Shown here in pieces: positions 25,036 to 36,300 of a DNA stretch of 64,000 nucleotides. Every line of letters starts with the position of its first letter. Positions within the stretch are counted from its first letter, which is position 1. The stretch covers positions 12,710,001 through 12,774,000 of the forward strand of contig OZ316775.1 in NCBI GenBank assembly GCA_973851085.1. The letters are read 5' to 3'. The position numbers were made by a program, and so were the translations under genes. The stretch is from Ptychomitrium polyphyllum. Its lineage: Eukaryota. Under the pieces are notes generated by a model, which was not told the origin of the DNA, ran no database searches, and worked only from the letters and a program-made list of their open reading frames with translations.

Positions 25036-28000
25036 TCAAAGGGCCTTTAATCCAATTGACCTCGTCAACAACTGGTGTCTATCTCTTACCAATGCTTTTG
25101 TCAACAAATCAGCAAGCATGCCCTCTGTTGCACAATACCTCATATCTATCACTCCATCTTCAATCTTCTCTCTTATGAAGTGATGTTGGATGTCAATGTG
25201 CTTTGTTCGTGAGTGATGCTTGGGATTCTTGGCAAAGGCAAGACATCCCTGATTGTCACACATGATGGGCGTTGCACCCAGTTGTACAAATCCAATGTCC
25301 TCCAAGAGTTGCCTCAGCCACATTGCTTCCATTGCACCATGACTTGCCGCCATGTACTCCGCCTCCATGGTTGACCTTGCAATTGTGGGTTGCCTCTTGC
25401 AGTTCCAAGAGATGGCTCCCACTCCAACAAAGAACACATACCCCGTTGTGGAGCGCCTATCATTTGCATCTCCAGCCCAATCCGCGTCGCAAAATCCCTG
25501 CAACTCAATGTTATCACCTCCCAGACACAACACAAAGTCCAAGGTGCCCTTCAAGTACCTCATGATCCTCTTGATGGTTGCCCAGTGCATGGGGCCGGCC
25601 TTGGACATGTGTTGGCTCACAACACTCACCGAAAACGCAAGATCAAACCTTGTGCCCACCATGGCATACATGAGGCATCCCACTCCGCCCTTGTATGGAA
25701 CGCCTTGCATTTCGCCCTCCACTTGAGCACACTCCTCATCACTTAGCTTCATCAACCTCAAGTTTGCCTCCAAAGGCGTTCCCACTGGCTTGCAGTCTTC
25801 CATGTTGAATCGCTTCAACACCTCTTCCATGTACTTCTTCTGGCTCATGGTGATGGTCCTCTTTGCACGATCCCTCACAAATTCCACTCCAAGACAATAG
25901 TGTAACTCGCCCAAATCACTCATCTCAAACTCCTGCTCTAATTTGGCCTTCAACCACTCTAGCTTCTCCGAAAGGTTGGCCAACATGATCAAGTCATCCA
26001 CATAGAGAATCACAATCAACAAGAATTCCATGGTCTGCATCACATACAAAGAATGATCCGCCTCACTTCTCACAAACCCTTCCTTCCTAAAGAATGCATC
26101 AATGCGTTGGTACCATGCCCTTGGCGATTGCTTAAGCCCGTACAAGGCCTTCTTCAACTTGCAAACAAGGTGTTCCAAGCCTTCATGTACAAACCCTGGA
26201 GGTTGCTCCATGTAGATGTCTTCTTCCAACTCTCCATTTAGAAAGGCCGTCTTCACATCCATCTGGTGCACCTCCAAGTCCATTGCCGCAGCTATGGCCA
26301 AGATGGTCCTAATGGTGGTGAACTTGGCCACAGGTGCAAAGGTCTCATTGAAGTCCACACCAGCAACTTGTGAGTATCCTTTGGCAACTAGCCTTGCCTT
26401 GTGCCTCACAATTGCACCCGAAGCATCCCTCTTGCTTCTAAACACCCACTTGCAACCTATGCAAGAACGATTTGGAGGAAGTTGAGTCAAGTGCCATGTG
26501 CCATTGTCCATCAGCGACTTGTACTCCTCTTCCATGGCCTTCTCCCACTTCATTGCATCCGTGGACTTCAAGGCATCGCACATAGTTAAAGGATCAACGA
26601 GGAGGGCAACATTGGCATGTTCTGCACTCACTTTTGGAAAGATGTGGTTCTTCCACCATTCACCAAGTGGCCTCCTCTCCCTCATGGGATACCTCCTTCC
26701 ACTCATTGCAGGCCTCTCTTCTTGTAATGCATCCCCTTCTCCTTCACTTAGAGGATTATCCTTCTCACTTGGATGAAGATGCTCACCATCATCTTGTGAG
26801 GCTCCTCTGCTGGTCTTAAGGGTGGAAGTCGCCTTGCTCTCCCCCTCCATTGTTCCTTCACCTCCATCCACATCTCCACCTTCTTCCTTGGTTGTTGTGG
26901 AGGATGTGTCCACAATCACACCATTACTCCCACTTGGACACATCCCCAAGTGCTCACAAGCACTCTTGTGCTCCAAGATCTCAACATCACGACTCTTGAT
27001 GATCTTCTTGCTCTCCACACACATCAACCTATATGCTTTGCTGCCCTCACAGTAACCCAAGAACACACACTTTGTACCCTTTGCATCAAGCTTGGACCTC
27101 ATGCAATCTTGAACCTTTGCATATGCAAGGCATCCGAAGGTCCTCATGTGTGAAACACAAGGCTTCTTACCACTCCAAGCTTCTTCGGGGGTCATGGATG
27201 CAAGGGCACTTGTGGGGCACCTATTTCTTGTGTACACCGCATTCACCACCGCTTCCGCCCACAACTCATGTCCAAGATGTTGGGCATGAAGCATGCTCCT
27301 CGCCATCTCCACAATGGTGCGATTTGCCCTCTCAGCAACTCCATTTTGTTGTGGAGTGTATGGAGTGGAGGTTTGCCTTGCAATGCCTTCACTCCTCAAC
27401 AAGTCATCAAAACATTTGGATAAGAACTCACCACCATTATCCGAACGCAACACCTTGATCTTGGACTCACATTGCTTCTCCACAAGCGCCTTGAACTCCT
27501 TGAATCTTGCAAAGCATTCGCTCTTGGCCTTGAGGATGAACACCCATACTTTCCTCGAATAATCATCAATGAAGGTGAGGAAGTACCTTGCTCCCCCGAT
27601 GGATGGAGTCCTCATAGGCCCGCACACGTCGGAATGCACAATCTCCAACAATTTGCTTGCACGACTTGCCACTCCACTTGGAAACGACGCCCTTTGCTGC
27701 TTGCCTTGGATGCAAGCCTCACAAGCAAGTTCCTTGGCCTTGTGGCATGTTGTACCGAGATCCAAGCCGCTTACCATGCCTTGGAGCTCCTTCATGGCCT
27801 TCACATTGAGGTGCCCAAGGCGCCCATGCCATATGCCAAACTTGTCTTGGTCTTCAATGAACTCAGCAAAGGCCGCCACCTCCACTCCATTCACCTTCTT
27901 ACACTTGATGAAGTACAAGTTGCCATCCCTCAACCCCGTGGCAACCACATCTCCACTCAATGACTTCACAATACATCCATTCACATTGAAATGAGCCACA

Positions 28001-29079
28001 AACCCTCCCATCACAAGTTTGCTCACCGAAAGGAGGTTGGACTTCATCTTTGGCACATGCAGCACGTCCTTGAAGGTGATCCTCTTGGTCTTGCCTCCCA
28101 CAACAACCTCCACCACAATGGAACCCATTCCAATGGCCTCCACCACGCCATTGTCACCCATGAGCACACTAGTGGCTGCAATTGCCTCATAAGTATGGAA
28201 TGAGCACTTGTAAGGAGTCATGTGCTTTGTGGCGCCCGAATCAACTATCCACTTGGACAAGGCCGCCATAGGCGCCCCCTCGCTTGCCATGAAGGCACAA
28301 TCACCACCTCCAAGGTGGTCCATCACATGGTTGGCATCCTCCCTCTCTCCTTTCTTCGCCTTGAAGCAATTTCGAGCGAAATGACCTGGTTTTCCACACA
28401 CAAAGCACGTTCGAAGATTTGGACGTTGATTAGAATAGGTGGCCTTGCCCTGCCTCGAGAAGAGGGCGGAGTCCTCACTTGAATTCGCCTTCTCCTTCCT
28501 CTTGGTGTCCTCGTGGCTCAATCTTGCCGTCACATAGTCCATGGTGAGATCCTTGATGGGAATGGACTCCATGGCCACTATGAGATAGCTATAGGACTCC
28601 GGCAAGCTCATGAGCAATGTAATCACAACATCCGACTCGTCCAATGGCTTGTCCACAATGGCAACTTGCCTTGCAAGGGCCTTCAACTTGTTCACATGCG
28701 CCATGAGGTCGTGGCCTTCTTCCATCTTGCAGTTCAAGAGCTTCCTCTTTGTGAAGATGATGTTGGAGAGGTTCTTGCTCTCATAGATGTTGCAAAGCGT
28801 CTTCCACGCTTCTGCCGGTCCAGTGCAAGAGATGATATGGGCGAAGTTGGCATCATCAAGGTTGGTGGCAAGGATGCCAAAAGCCTTCTTCTCACGACGC
28901 TGGAACTCCTTCCTCTCCTTTGCATCTGCCGACAATGGTGGAGCAACCTCACTCTCATCTATGATGTCCCAAAGGTCCATAGAAGCCAACGAGAGCTCCA
29001 TCCTAACCTTCCATTGGTAGAAGTTATCACCATGAAACTTTTGAATGACCCTAAGACCTTCACCTTCACTCGAAGCCAT
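25036..29079 (-). CDS. Copia gag-pol polyprotein, 1347 aa (E6)
   Basis: Uninterrupted ORF with all catalytic motifs. Confidence 0.96.
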   Translation of the reverse strand: MASSEGEGLRVIQKFHGDNFYQWKVRMELSLASMDLWDIIDESEVAPPLSADAKERKEFQRREKKAFGILATNLDDANFAHIISCTGPAEAWKTLCNIYESKNLSNIIFTKRKLLNCKMEEGHDLMAHVNKLKALARQVAIVDKPLDESDVVITLLMSLPESYSYLIVAMESIPIKDLTMDYVTARLSHEDTKRKEKANSSEDSALFSRQGKATYSNQRPNLRTCFVCGKPGHFARNCFKAKKGEREDANHVMDHLGGGDCAFMASEGAPMAALSKWIVDSGATKHMTPYKCSFHTYEAIAATSVLMGDNGVVEAIGMGSIVVEVVVGGKTKRITFKDVLHVPKMKSNLLSVSKLVMGGFVAHFNVNGCIVKSLSGDVVATGLRDGNLYFIKCKKVNGVEVAAFAEFIEDQDKFGIWHGRLGHLNVKAMKELQGMVSGLDLGTTCHKAKELACEACIQGKQQRASFPSGVASRASKLLEIVHSDVCGPMRTPSIGGARYFLTFIDDYSRKVWVFILKAKSECFARFKEFKALVEKQCESKIKVLRSDNGGEFLSKCFDDLLRSEGIARQTSTPYTPQQNGVAERANRTIVEMARSMLHAQHLGHELWAEAVVNAVYTRNRCPTSALASMTPEEAWSGKKPCVSHMRTFGCLAYAKVQDCMRSKLDAKGTKCVFLGYCEGSKAYRLMCVESKKIIKSRDVEILEHKSACEHLGMCPSGSNGVIVDTSSTTTKEEGGDVDGGEGTMEGESKATSTLKTSRGASQDDGEHLHPSEKDNPLSEGEGDALQEERPAMSGRRYPMRERRPLGEWWKNHIFPKVSAEHANVALLVDPLTMCDALKSTDAMKWEKAMEEEYKSLMDNGTWHLTQLPPNRSCIGCKWVFRSKRDASGAIVRHKARLVAKGYSQVAGVDFNETFAPVAKFTTIRTILAIAAAMDLEVHQMDVKTAFLNGELEEDIYMEQPPGFVHEGLEHLVCKLKKALYGLKQSPRAWYQRIDAFFRKEGFVRSEADHSLYVMQTMEFLLIVILYVDDLIMLANLSEKLEWLKAKLEQEFEMSDLGELHYCLGVEFVRDRAKRTITMSQKKYMEEVLKRFNMEDCKPVGTPLEANLRLMKLSDEECAQVEGEMQGVPYKGGVGCLMYAMVGTRFDLAFSVSVVSQHMSKAGPMHWATIKRIMRYLKGTLDFVLCLGGDNIELQGFCDADWAGDANDRRSTTGYVFFVGVGAISWNCKRQPTIARSTMEAEYMAASHGAMEAMWLRQLLEDIGFVQLGATPIMCDNQGCLAFAKNPKHHSRTKHIDIQHHFIREKIEDGVIDMRYCATEGMLADLLTKALVRDRHQLLTRSIGLKAL

Positions 29080-29529
29080 GGCTTAAGAAGAGAGGTAACA
29101 AAACAAACCTTCAAACGAACTATTTCCTTGACTCCTATGCTTCTCACAAGTCTTCACAACTATGAGTCCCAAGAAAAACCTTTCAACTCACTATGTCCAC
29201 TCAATGAGCACACATATCAATGAACTCACAAGACAACAACACCAAGCACAACAAAATGGTGTTAGGAAGCTTGAATCCAACAAAGACACTATCAAGGTCT
29301 TATCACCACTCAAAACAACTCACTATCCAAGGAGTTTCAACAACCTCAACCCTACTAGAGCTCAAGAAACATCAAACCAAGCACCTACATGTGCAAAACT
29401 TCAAAGTTAGGCGTTTCTAACTATATCTTCAAAAACTATGAAGTGATCTTGCTCCACACAAGAACAACAACTACAAAACACTTCAAGCTACTTCAAAAGG
29501 CACAACTAAGAGTGAGTGGGCCCATAACC

Positions 29530-29957
29530 TATTGAAGAAATGCAACAAAGCTAGTACAACAAGCAAGAAGAGAGAGAGCAAAGTTGCAACAAGAGAAGTG
29601 TGGAGCAAGATGACTCGCACTTCCAAAACCCCTTTACTTATACTTGAGAGTCATCCACCAAAATGTGCCACTTGGCGGCCATGCATTTGCCTCCACTATA
29701 TGAGTGACATGTGGCGGCTAACTCTAACCCTAGCCGCCGTAGCCGCCACCCTAACCCTAACGGCCGCCCTAACCCTAATGGCCGCCCTAACCCTAGCCGC
29801 CATACAAAACCCTTGTTGCCTTTTCTTAACCCTAGCCTCCATATCCCCTATAGCCTCTTTCCTCACACTCCTTTGACCATTAGCAACATATCATGCTCTA
29901 AGTCTACACAAGGATACTTCAACTAGGATTACTTTATATGTTTCACACTTTGCAACA
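29530..29957 (-). repeat. LTR L9 (428 bp), 5' LTR of E6, inserted into the family B element
   Basis: PBS on the left; family B coding sequence on the right. Confidence 0.95.
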
Positions 29958-31156
29958 TTTGCAACACTCGCCTCTTGCGCCACGTGCACCCTCGTGAAGC
30001 TTATTTGGTACAAGTTGCCTTCACGTGGTGCTCTTGCAACCACCTCGCCATTTGGTGCATGCACAATGCATCCATCCTTGTTGAAGTTCACCTTCAACCC
30101 ACTCGACACTAACTTGCTCACCGAAAGCAAGTTTGCTTTCAACATAGGCACATGGCGGGCATCATGGATGCGAATGCGCTTTGATTGCCCTCTCACCATG
30201 GTCTCCACAACAATAGAACCCACGCCAATGGCTTCTACGATGCTATCATCTCCCATGTGTACATTTTGTGAAGAGCTTACCTCATAGCTGTGGAATGCCT
30301 CCTTGTGAGGAGTCACGTGCTTGGTGGCTCCCAAATCCATGATCCACTTGCAGAGGCCTTTGAATGGATCACCAACATGAGTTACAAATGCGCAGTCATC
30401 AACAATGTGAGCACTCTCCTTCTCCTTGTTCTTGGCCTTGAAACAAAACCTTGCAATTTGATCGGCTTTGCCACAATGGTAGCATGTCCTTGTATCCTTG
30501 GTGAAAGATGCATTGCCTCCCTTGCCTTGACGTGATACCATTGCCGCATCATCACCTTGGAGTGCCTTCTCCTTCCTCTTGGTGAACTCATGCATCAATC
30601 TTGCCGTTACCACCTCCAAAGTGAGTTCCTTCATAGGTATTGTTTCCAATGCGATGATCAAGAACTCATACAAAGGGGGCAAACTATCAAGCAAAGTCAT
30701 GACAATATCCTCATCCCTCATGGGCGAATCCAAGCAAGCTAATTGGTCGGCCAAAGCCTTGACCTTGTTAATATGGTCTAACAAGTCATCACTCTCCAAC
30801 ATCTTGCACGTGAGGAACCTTCGCCTTATGAAGAGGATGTTGGACAAGCTCCTAGTCTCGTGGATGTTGCAAAGGGTGTTCCATGCTTGCGCGGGTCCTT
30901 TGCAACTCTTGATGTGGGCAAGTTGGCTATCCACCAAGTTGAGTCCAATGACTAACATGGCCTTCTTCACACGCTTTTTGTACTCCTTGATGGTCTTGGG
31001 GTCGGCATTAGAAGGTGGAGCCTCCTCAGTGTCCTCCACAATCTCCCAAAGGTCCATGGAATCCAACACCATCTCCATTTTGAACTTCCAAAGATTAAAG
31101 TTCTCGCCATTGAACTTGTCAACCACTCGAGCACTCTCACCCTCCAAGGATGCCAT
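29958..31156 (-). pseudogene. Family B copia gag-protease fragment (related but clearly divergent)
   Basis: MASLEGESARVVDKFNGENF...; knuckle CYHCGKADQIARFC (His lost); protease WIMDLGAT (Ser to Leu); truncated by L9. Confidence 0.9.
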
Positions 31157-31789
31157 TGTGCACAAGTACACTCAATCACCTCAAAACGGTCCTTTTAGGC
31201 CCAAATGTGCACTTATTTACTCCTATCAACGCCAAATGAGCCCTACCAACGCTCAATCAACCTCAAATGCTTCCTCACCACTCAATTGGGCTTGAAATGT
31301 GCACTTTTGCACCCTCTCCACTCAAATCGGCCCTCAAGTGCTTCCAACAATGGACAAATGCCCTATACACGCACTAACACTCAAATGTGCACTTATGCAC
31401 CTCAAACACACCAATCAGCCTTCAATGGCTTCACATACGCATCCAAAGCACTCAAGCTCTCAAAGCACAAGCTTCAAATACTAACAAGCATCAATTGTGC
31501 ACAAACGCACCTCACATGAAACTCAAATACTAAATGCAAAGCTTACAAGCCTATAACGATACTTCCACTGCTCTAAACTTCTCCAAACGCCTCCAAATGG
31601 GAACTTGTGCACCACCAAAACTTGTAACGCCTCCAAGCACCTCCAAATCAGCCCTTGTGGCTCTCCAAATGCTCAAAGGCACCAAAATTGCACAAATGCA
31701 CATGCAACAAAAGACTCTCAAGATGCTCTACCAAACACTAACGCAATCAAATCTCAACTCACACAACAAGCATGTGTGGGTCCATAACC

Positions 31790-32021
31790 TAATGAAATAC
31801 ACAAAGTATGCGAACAATGCTTGGAATGAGAGTAATCATCCCATTCCTTGCTCTGCCCTTTATTCTCTTCAAACCACATCAGTCTTTCAATCAATATGGG
31901 ATAAATCTTCGACCCACTCCAAACAATATGGGTTCATTCTAATGTTCTTCATTTCAACTAATAACCACAATCCCATACTAACTCTAAGACTACGAGCAAT
32001 CTAATGCTCTATTCTCTAACA
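31790..32021 (-). repeat. Putative 5' LTR of family B (232 bp, TGTTA...CATTA), with PBS GGTTATGGACCCAC at 31776-31789
   Basis: Bounded by a half-tRNA PBS (1 mismatch) and a sharp switch to family A sequence. Only one copy is in the window. Confidence 0.7.
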
Positions 32022-32126
32022 GTGAGTTCATTGATATGTGTGCTCATTGAGTGGACATAGAAAGTTGAAAGGTTTTTCCTGGGACTCATAGTTGTGAAGA
32101 CTTGTGAGAAGCATAGGAGTCAAGGA
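32022..32126 (+). mobile_element. Family A 5' leader fragment in + orientation (target of the family B insertion)
   Basis: Reverse complement of the leader seen at ~6170-6275. Confidence 0.85.
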
Positions 32127-32226
32127 NNNNNNNNNNNNNNNNNNNNNNNNNNNNNNNNNNNNNNNNNNNNNNNNNNNNNNNNNNNNNNNNNNNNNNNNNN
32201 NNNNNNNNNNNNNNNNNNNNNNNNNN
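32127..32226. other. Assembly gap (100 N, true size unknown)
   Basis: Run of N. Confidence 1.
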
Positions 32227-32789
32227 GCATCACTCACAAACAAAGCACATTGACATCCAACATCACTTCATAAGAGAGAAGATTGAAGATGGAGTGATAG
32301 ATATGAGGTATTGTGCAACAGAGGGCAATGCTTGCTGATTTGTTGACAAAAGCACTGGTAAGGGATAGACACCAGTTGTTGACGAGGTCAATTGGATTAA
32401 AGGCCTTTGACCAGTAGAAGTTATTGTTGCAAAGTGTGAAACCATATAAAGTAATCCTAGTTGAAGTATCCTTGTGTAGACTTAGAGCATGATATGTTGC
32501 TAATGGTCAAAGGAGTGTGAGGAAAGAGGCTATAGGGGATATGGAGGCTAGGGTTAAGAAAAGGCAACAAGGGTTTTGTATGGCGGCTAGGGTTAGGGCG
32601 GCCATTAGGATTAGGGCGGCCGTTAGGGTTAGGGTGGCGGCTACGGTGGCTAGGGTTAGGGTGGATGACTCTGAAGTATAAGTAAGGGGTTTTAGAAGTG
32701 GGAGTCAGCTTGCTCCACACTTCTATTGTTGCAACATTGCTCGCTCTCTTCTTGCTTGTTGTACTAGCCTTTGCTGCATTTCTTCAATA
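32227..32789 (+). mobile_element. Inverted family A 3' end: RNase H tail plus internally deleted LTR L10 (32425-32789); error-rich
   Basis: TGTTGC...TCAATA on +. Scattered single-base indels next to the gap. Confidence 0.75.
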
Positions 32790-32899
32790 CTTTAATCCAA
32801 TTGACCTCGTCAACAACCGGTGTCTATCTCTTACCAATGCTTTTGTTAACAAATCAGCAAGCATGCCCTCTGTTGCACAATACCTCATATCTATCACTC

Positions 32900-33329
32900 T
32901 ATTGAAGAAATACAACAAAGCTAGTACAACAAGCAAGAAGAGAGAGAGCAAAGTTGCAACAAGAGAACTGTGGAGCAAGATGACTCCCACTTCCAAAACC
33001 CCTTTACTTATACTTGAGAGTCATCCACCAAAATGTGCCACCTGGAGGCCATGCATTTGCTTCCACTATATGAGTGACATGTGGCGGCTAACTCTAACCC
33101 TTGCCGCCGTAGCCGCCACCCTAACCCTAACGGCCGCCCTAACCCTAATGGCCGCCCTAACCTTACAAAACCCATACAAAACCCTTGTTGCCTTTTCTTA
33201 ACCCTAGCCTCCATATCCCCTATAGCCTCTTTCCTCACACTCCTTTGACCATTAGCAACATATCATGCTCTAAGTCTACACAAGGATACTTCAACTAGGA
33301 TTACTTTATATGTTTCACACTTTGCAACA
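32900..33329 (-). repeat. LTR L11, 3' LTR of E7
   Basis: PPT on the right; RNase H fragment 32790-32899 on the left. Confidence 0.88.
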
Positions 33330-33347
33330 CTCCCACTTTGCTACTGG

Positions 33348-36300
33348 TCAAAGGGCCTTTAGTCCAATTGACCTCGTCAACAACTGGTGTCTATCTCTTA
33401 CCAATGCTTTTGTCAACAAATCAGCAAGCATACCCTCTGTTGCACAATACCTCATATCTATCACTCCATCTTCAATCTTCTCTCTTATGAAGTGATGTTG
33501 GATGTCAATGTGCTTTGTTCGTGAGTGATGCTTGGGATTCTTGGCAAAGGCAAGACATCCTTGATTGTCACACATGATGGGCGTTGCACCCAGTTGTACA
33601 AGTCCAATGTCCTCCAAGAGTTGCCTCAGCCACATTGCTTCCATTGCACCATGACTTGCCGCCATGTACTCCGCCTCCATGGTTGACCTTGCAATTGTGG
33701 GTTGCCTCTTGCAGTTCCAAGAGATGGCTCCCACTCCAACAAAGAACACATACCCCGTTGTGGAGCGCCTATCATTTGCATCTCCAGCCCAATCCGTGTC
33801 ACAAAATCCCTGCAACTCAATGTTATCACCTCCCAGACACAACACAAAGTCCAAGGTGCCCTTCAAGTACCTCATGATCCTCTTGATGGTTGCCCAGTGC
33901 ATGGGGCCGGCCTTGGACATGTGTTGGCTCACAACACTCACCGAAAACGCAAGATCAAACCTTGTGCCCACCATGGCATACATGAGGCACCCCACTCCGC
34001 CCTTGTATGGAACGCCTTGCATTTCGCCCTCCACTTGAGCATACTCCTCATCACTTAGCTTCATCAACCTCAAGTTTGCCTCCAAAGGCGTTCCCACTGG
34101 CTTGCAGTCTTCCATGTTGAATCGCTTCAACACCTCTTCCATGTACTTCTTCTGGCTCATGGTGATGGTCCTCTTTGCACGATCCCTCACAAATTCCACT
34201 CCAAGACAATAGTGTAACTCGCCCAAATCACTCATCTCAAACTCCTGCTCTAATTTGGCCTTCAACCACTCTAGCTTCTCCGAAAGGTTGGCCAACATGA
34301 TCAAGTCATCCACATAGAGAATCACAATCAACAAGAATTCCATGGTCTGCATCACATACAAGGAATGATCCGCCTCACTTCTCACAAACCCTTCCTTCCT
34401 AAAGAATGCATCAATGCGTTGGTACCATGCCCTTGGCGATTGCTTAAGCCCGTACAAGGCCTTCTTCAACTTGCAAACAAGGTGTTCCAAGCCTTCATGT
34501 ACAAACCCTGGAGGTTGCTCCATGTAGATGTCTTCTTCCAACTCTCCATTTAGAAAGGCCGTCTTCACATCCATCTGGTGCACCTCCAAGTCCATTGCCG
34601 CAGCTATGGCCAAGATGGTCCTAATGGTGGTGAACTTGGCCACAGGTGCAAAGGTCTCATTGAAGTCCACACCAGCAACTTGTGAGTATCCTTTGGCAAC
34701 TAGCCTTGCCTTGTGCCTCACAATTGCACCCGAAGCATCCCTCTTGGTTCTAAACACCCACTTGCAACCTATGCAAGAACGATTTGGAGGAAGTTGAGTC
34801 AAGTGCCATGTGCCATTGTCCATCAGCGACTTGTACTCCTCTTCCATGGCCTTCTCCCAGTTCATTGCATCCGTGGACTTCAAGGCATCGCACATAGTTA
34901 AAGGATCAACGAGGAGGGCAACATTGGCATGTTCTGCACTCACTTTTGGAAAGATGTGGTTCTTCCACCATTCACCAAGTGGCCTCCTCTCCCTCATGGG
35001 ATACCTCCTTCCACTCATTGCAGGCCTCTCTTCTTGTAATGCATTCCCTTCTCCTTCACTTAGAGGATTATCCTCCTCACTTGGATGAAGATGCTCACCA
35101 TCATCTTGTGAGGCTCCTCTGCTGGTCCTAAGGGTGGAAGTCGCCTTGCTCTCCCCCTCCATTGTTCCTTCACCTCCATCCACATCTCCACCTTCTTCCT
35201 TGGTTGTTGAGGATGTGTCCACAATCACACCATTACTCCCACTTGGACACATCTCCAAGTGCTCACAAGCACTCTTGTGCTCCAAGAACTCAACATCACG
35301 ACTCTTGATGATCTTCTTGCTCTCCACACACATCAACCTATATGCTTTGCTGCCCTCACAATAACCAAAGAACACACACTTTGTACCCTTTGCATCAAGC
35401 TTGGACCTCATGCAATCTGGAACCTTTGCATATGCAAGGCATCCGAAGGTCCTCATGTGTGAAACACAAGGCTTCTTACCACTCCAAGCTTCTTCAGGGG
35501 TCATGGATGCAAGGGCACTTGTGGGGCACCTATTTCTTGTGTACACCGCATTCACCACCGCTTCCGCCCACAACTCATGTCCAAGATGTTGGGCATGAAG
35601 CATGCTCCTCGCCATCTCCACAATGGTGCGATTTGCCCTCTCAGCAACTCCATTTTGTTGTGGAGTGTATGGAGTGGAGGTTTGCCTTGCAATGCCTTCA
35701 CTCCTCAACAAGTCATCAAAACATTTGGATAAGAACTCACCACCATTATCCGAACGCAACACCTTGATCTTGGACTCACATTGCTTCTCCACGAGCGCCT
35801 TGAACTCCTTGAATCTTGCGAAGCATTCGCTCTTGGCCTTGAGGATGAACACCCATACTTTCCTCGAATAATCATCAATGAAGGTGAGGAAGTACCTTGC
35901 TCCCCCGATGGATGGAGTCCTCATAGGCCCGCACACGTCGGAATGCACAATCTCCAACAATTTGCTTGCACGACTTGCCACTCCACTTGGAAACGACGCC
36001 CTTTGCTGCTTGCCTTGGATGCAAGCCTCACAAGCAAGTTCCTTGGCCTTGTGGCATGTTGTACCGATATCCAAGCCGCTTACCATGCCTTGGAGCTCCT
36101 TCATGGCCTTCACATTGAGGTGCCCAAGGCGCCCATGCCATATGCCAAACTTGTCTTGGTCTTCAATGAACTCAGCAAAGGCCGCCACCTCCACTCCATT
36201 CACCTTCTTACACTTGATGAAGTACAAGTTGCCATCCCTCAACCCCGTGGCAACCACATCTCCACTCAATGACTTCACAATACATCCATTCACATTGAAA

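Noticed and set aside
6936..29957. Four truncated gag ORFs end in the same LTR-encoded tail VAKCETYKVILVEVSLCRLRA
   Set aside because: Four of five junctions sharing a frame is expected by chance about 14% of the time.
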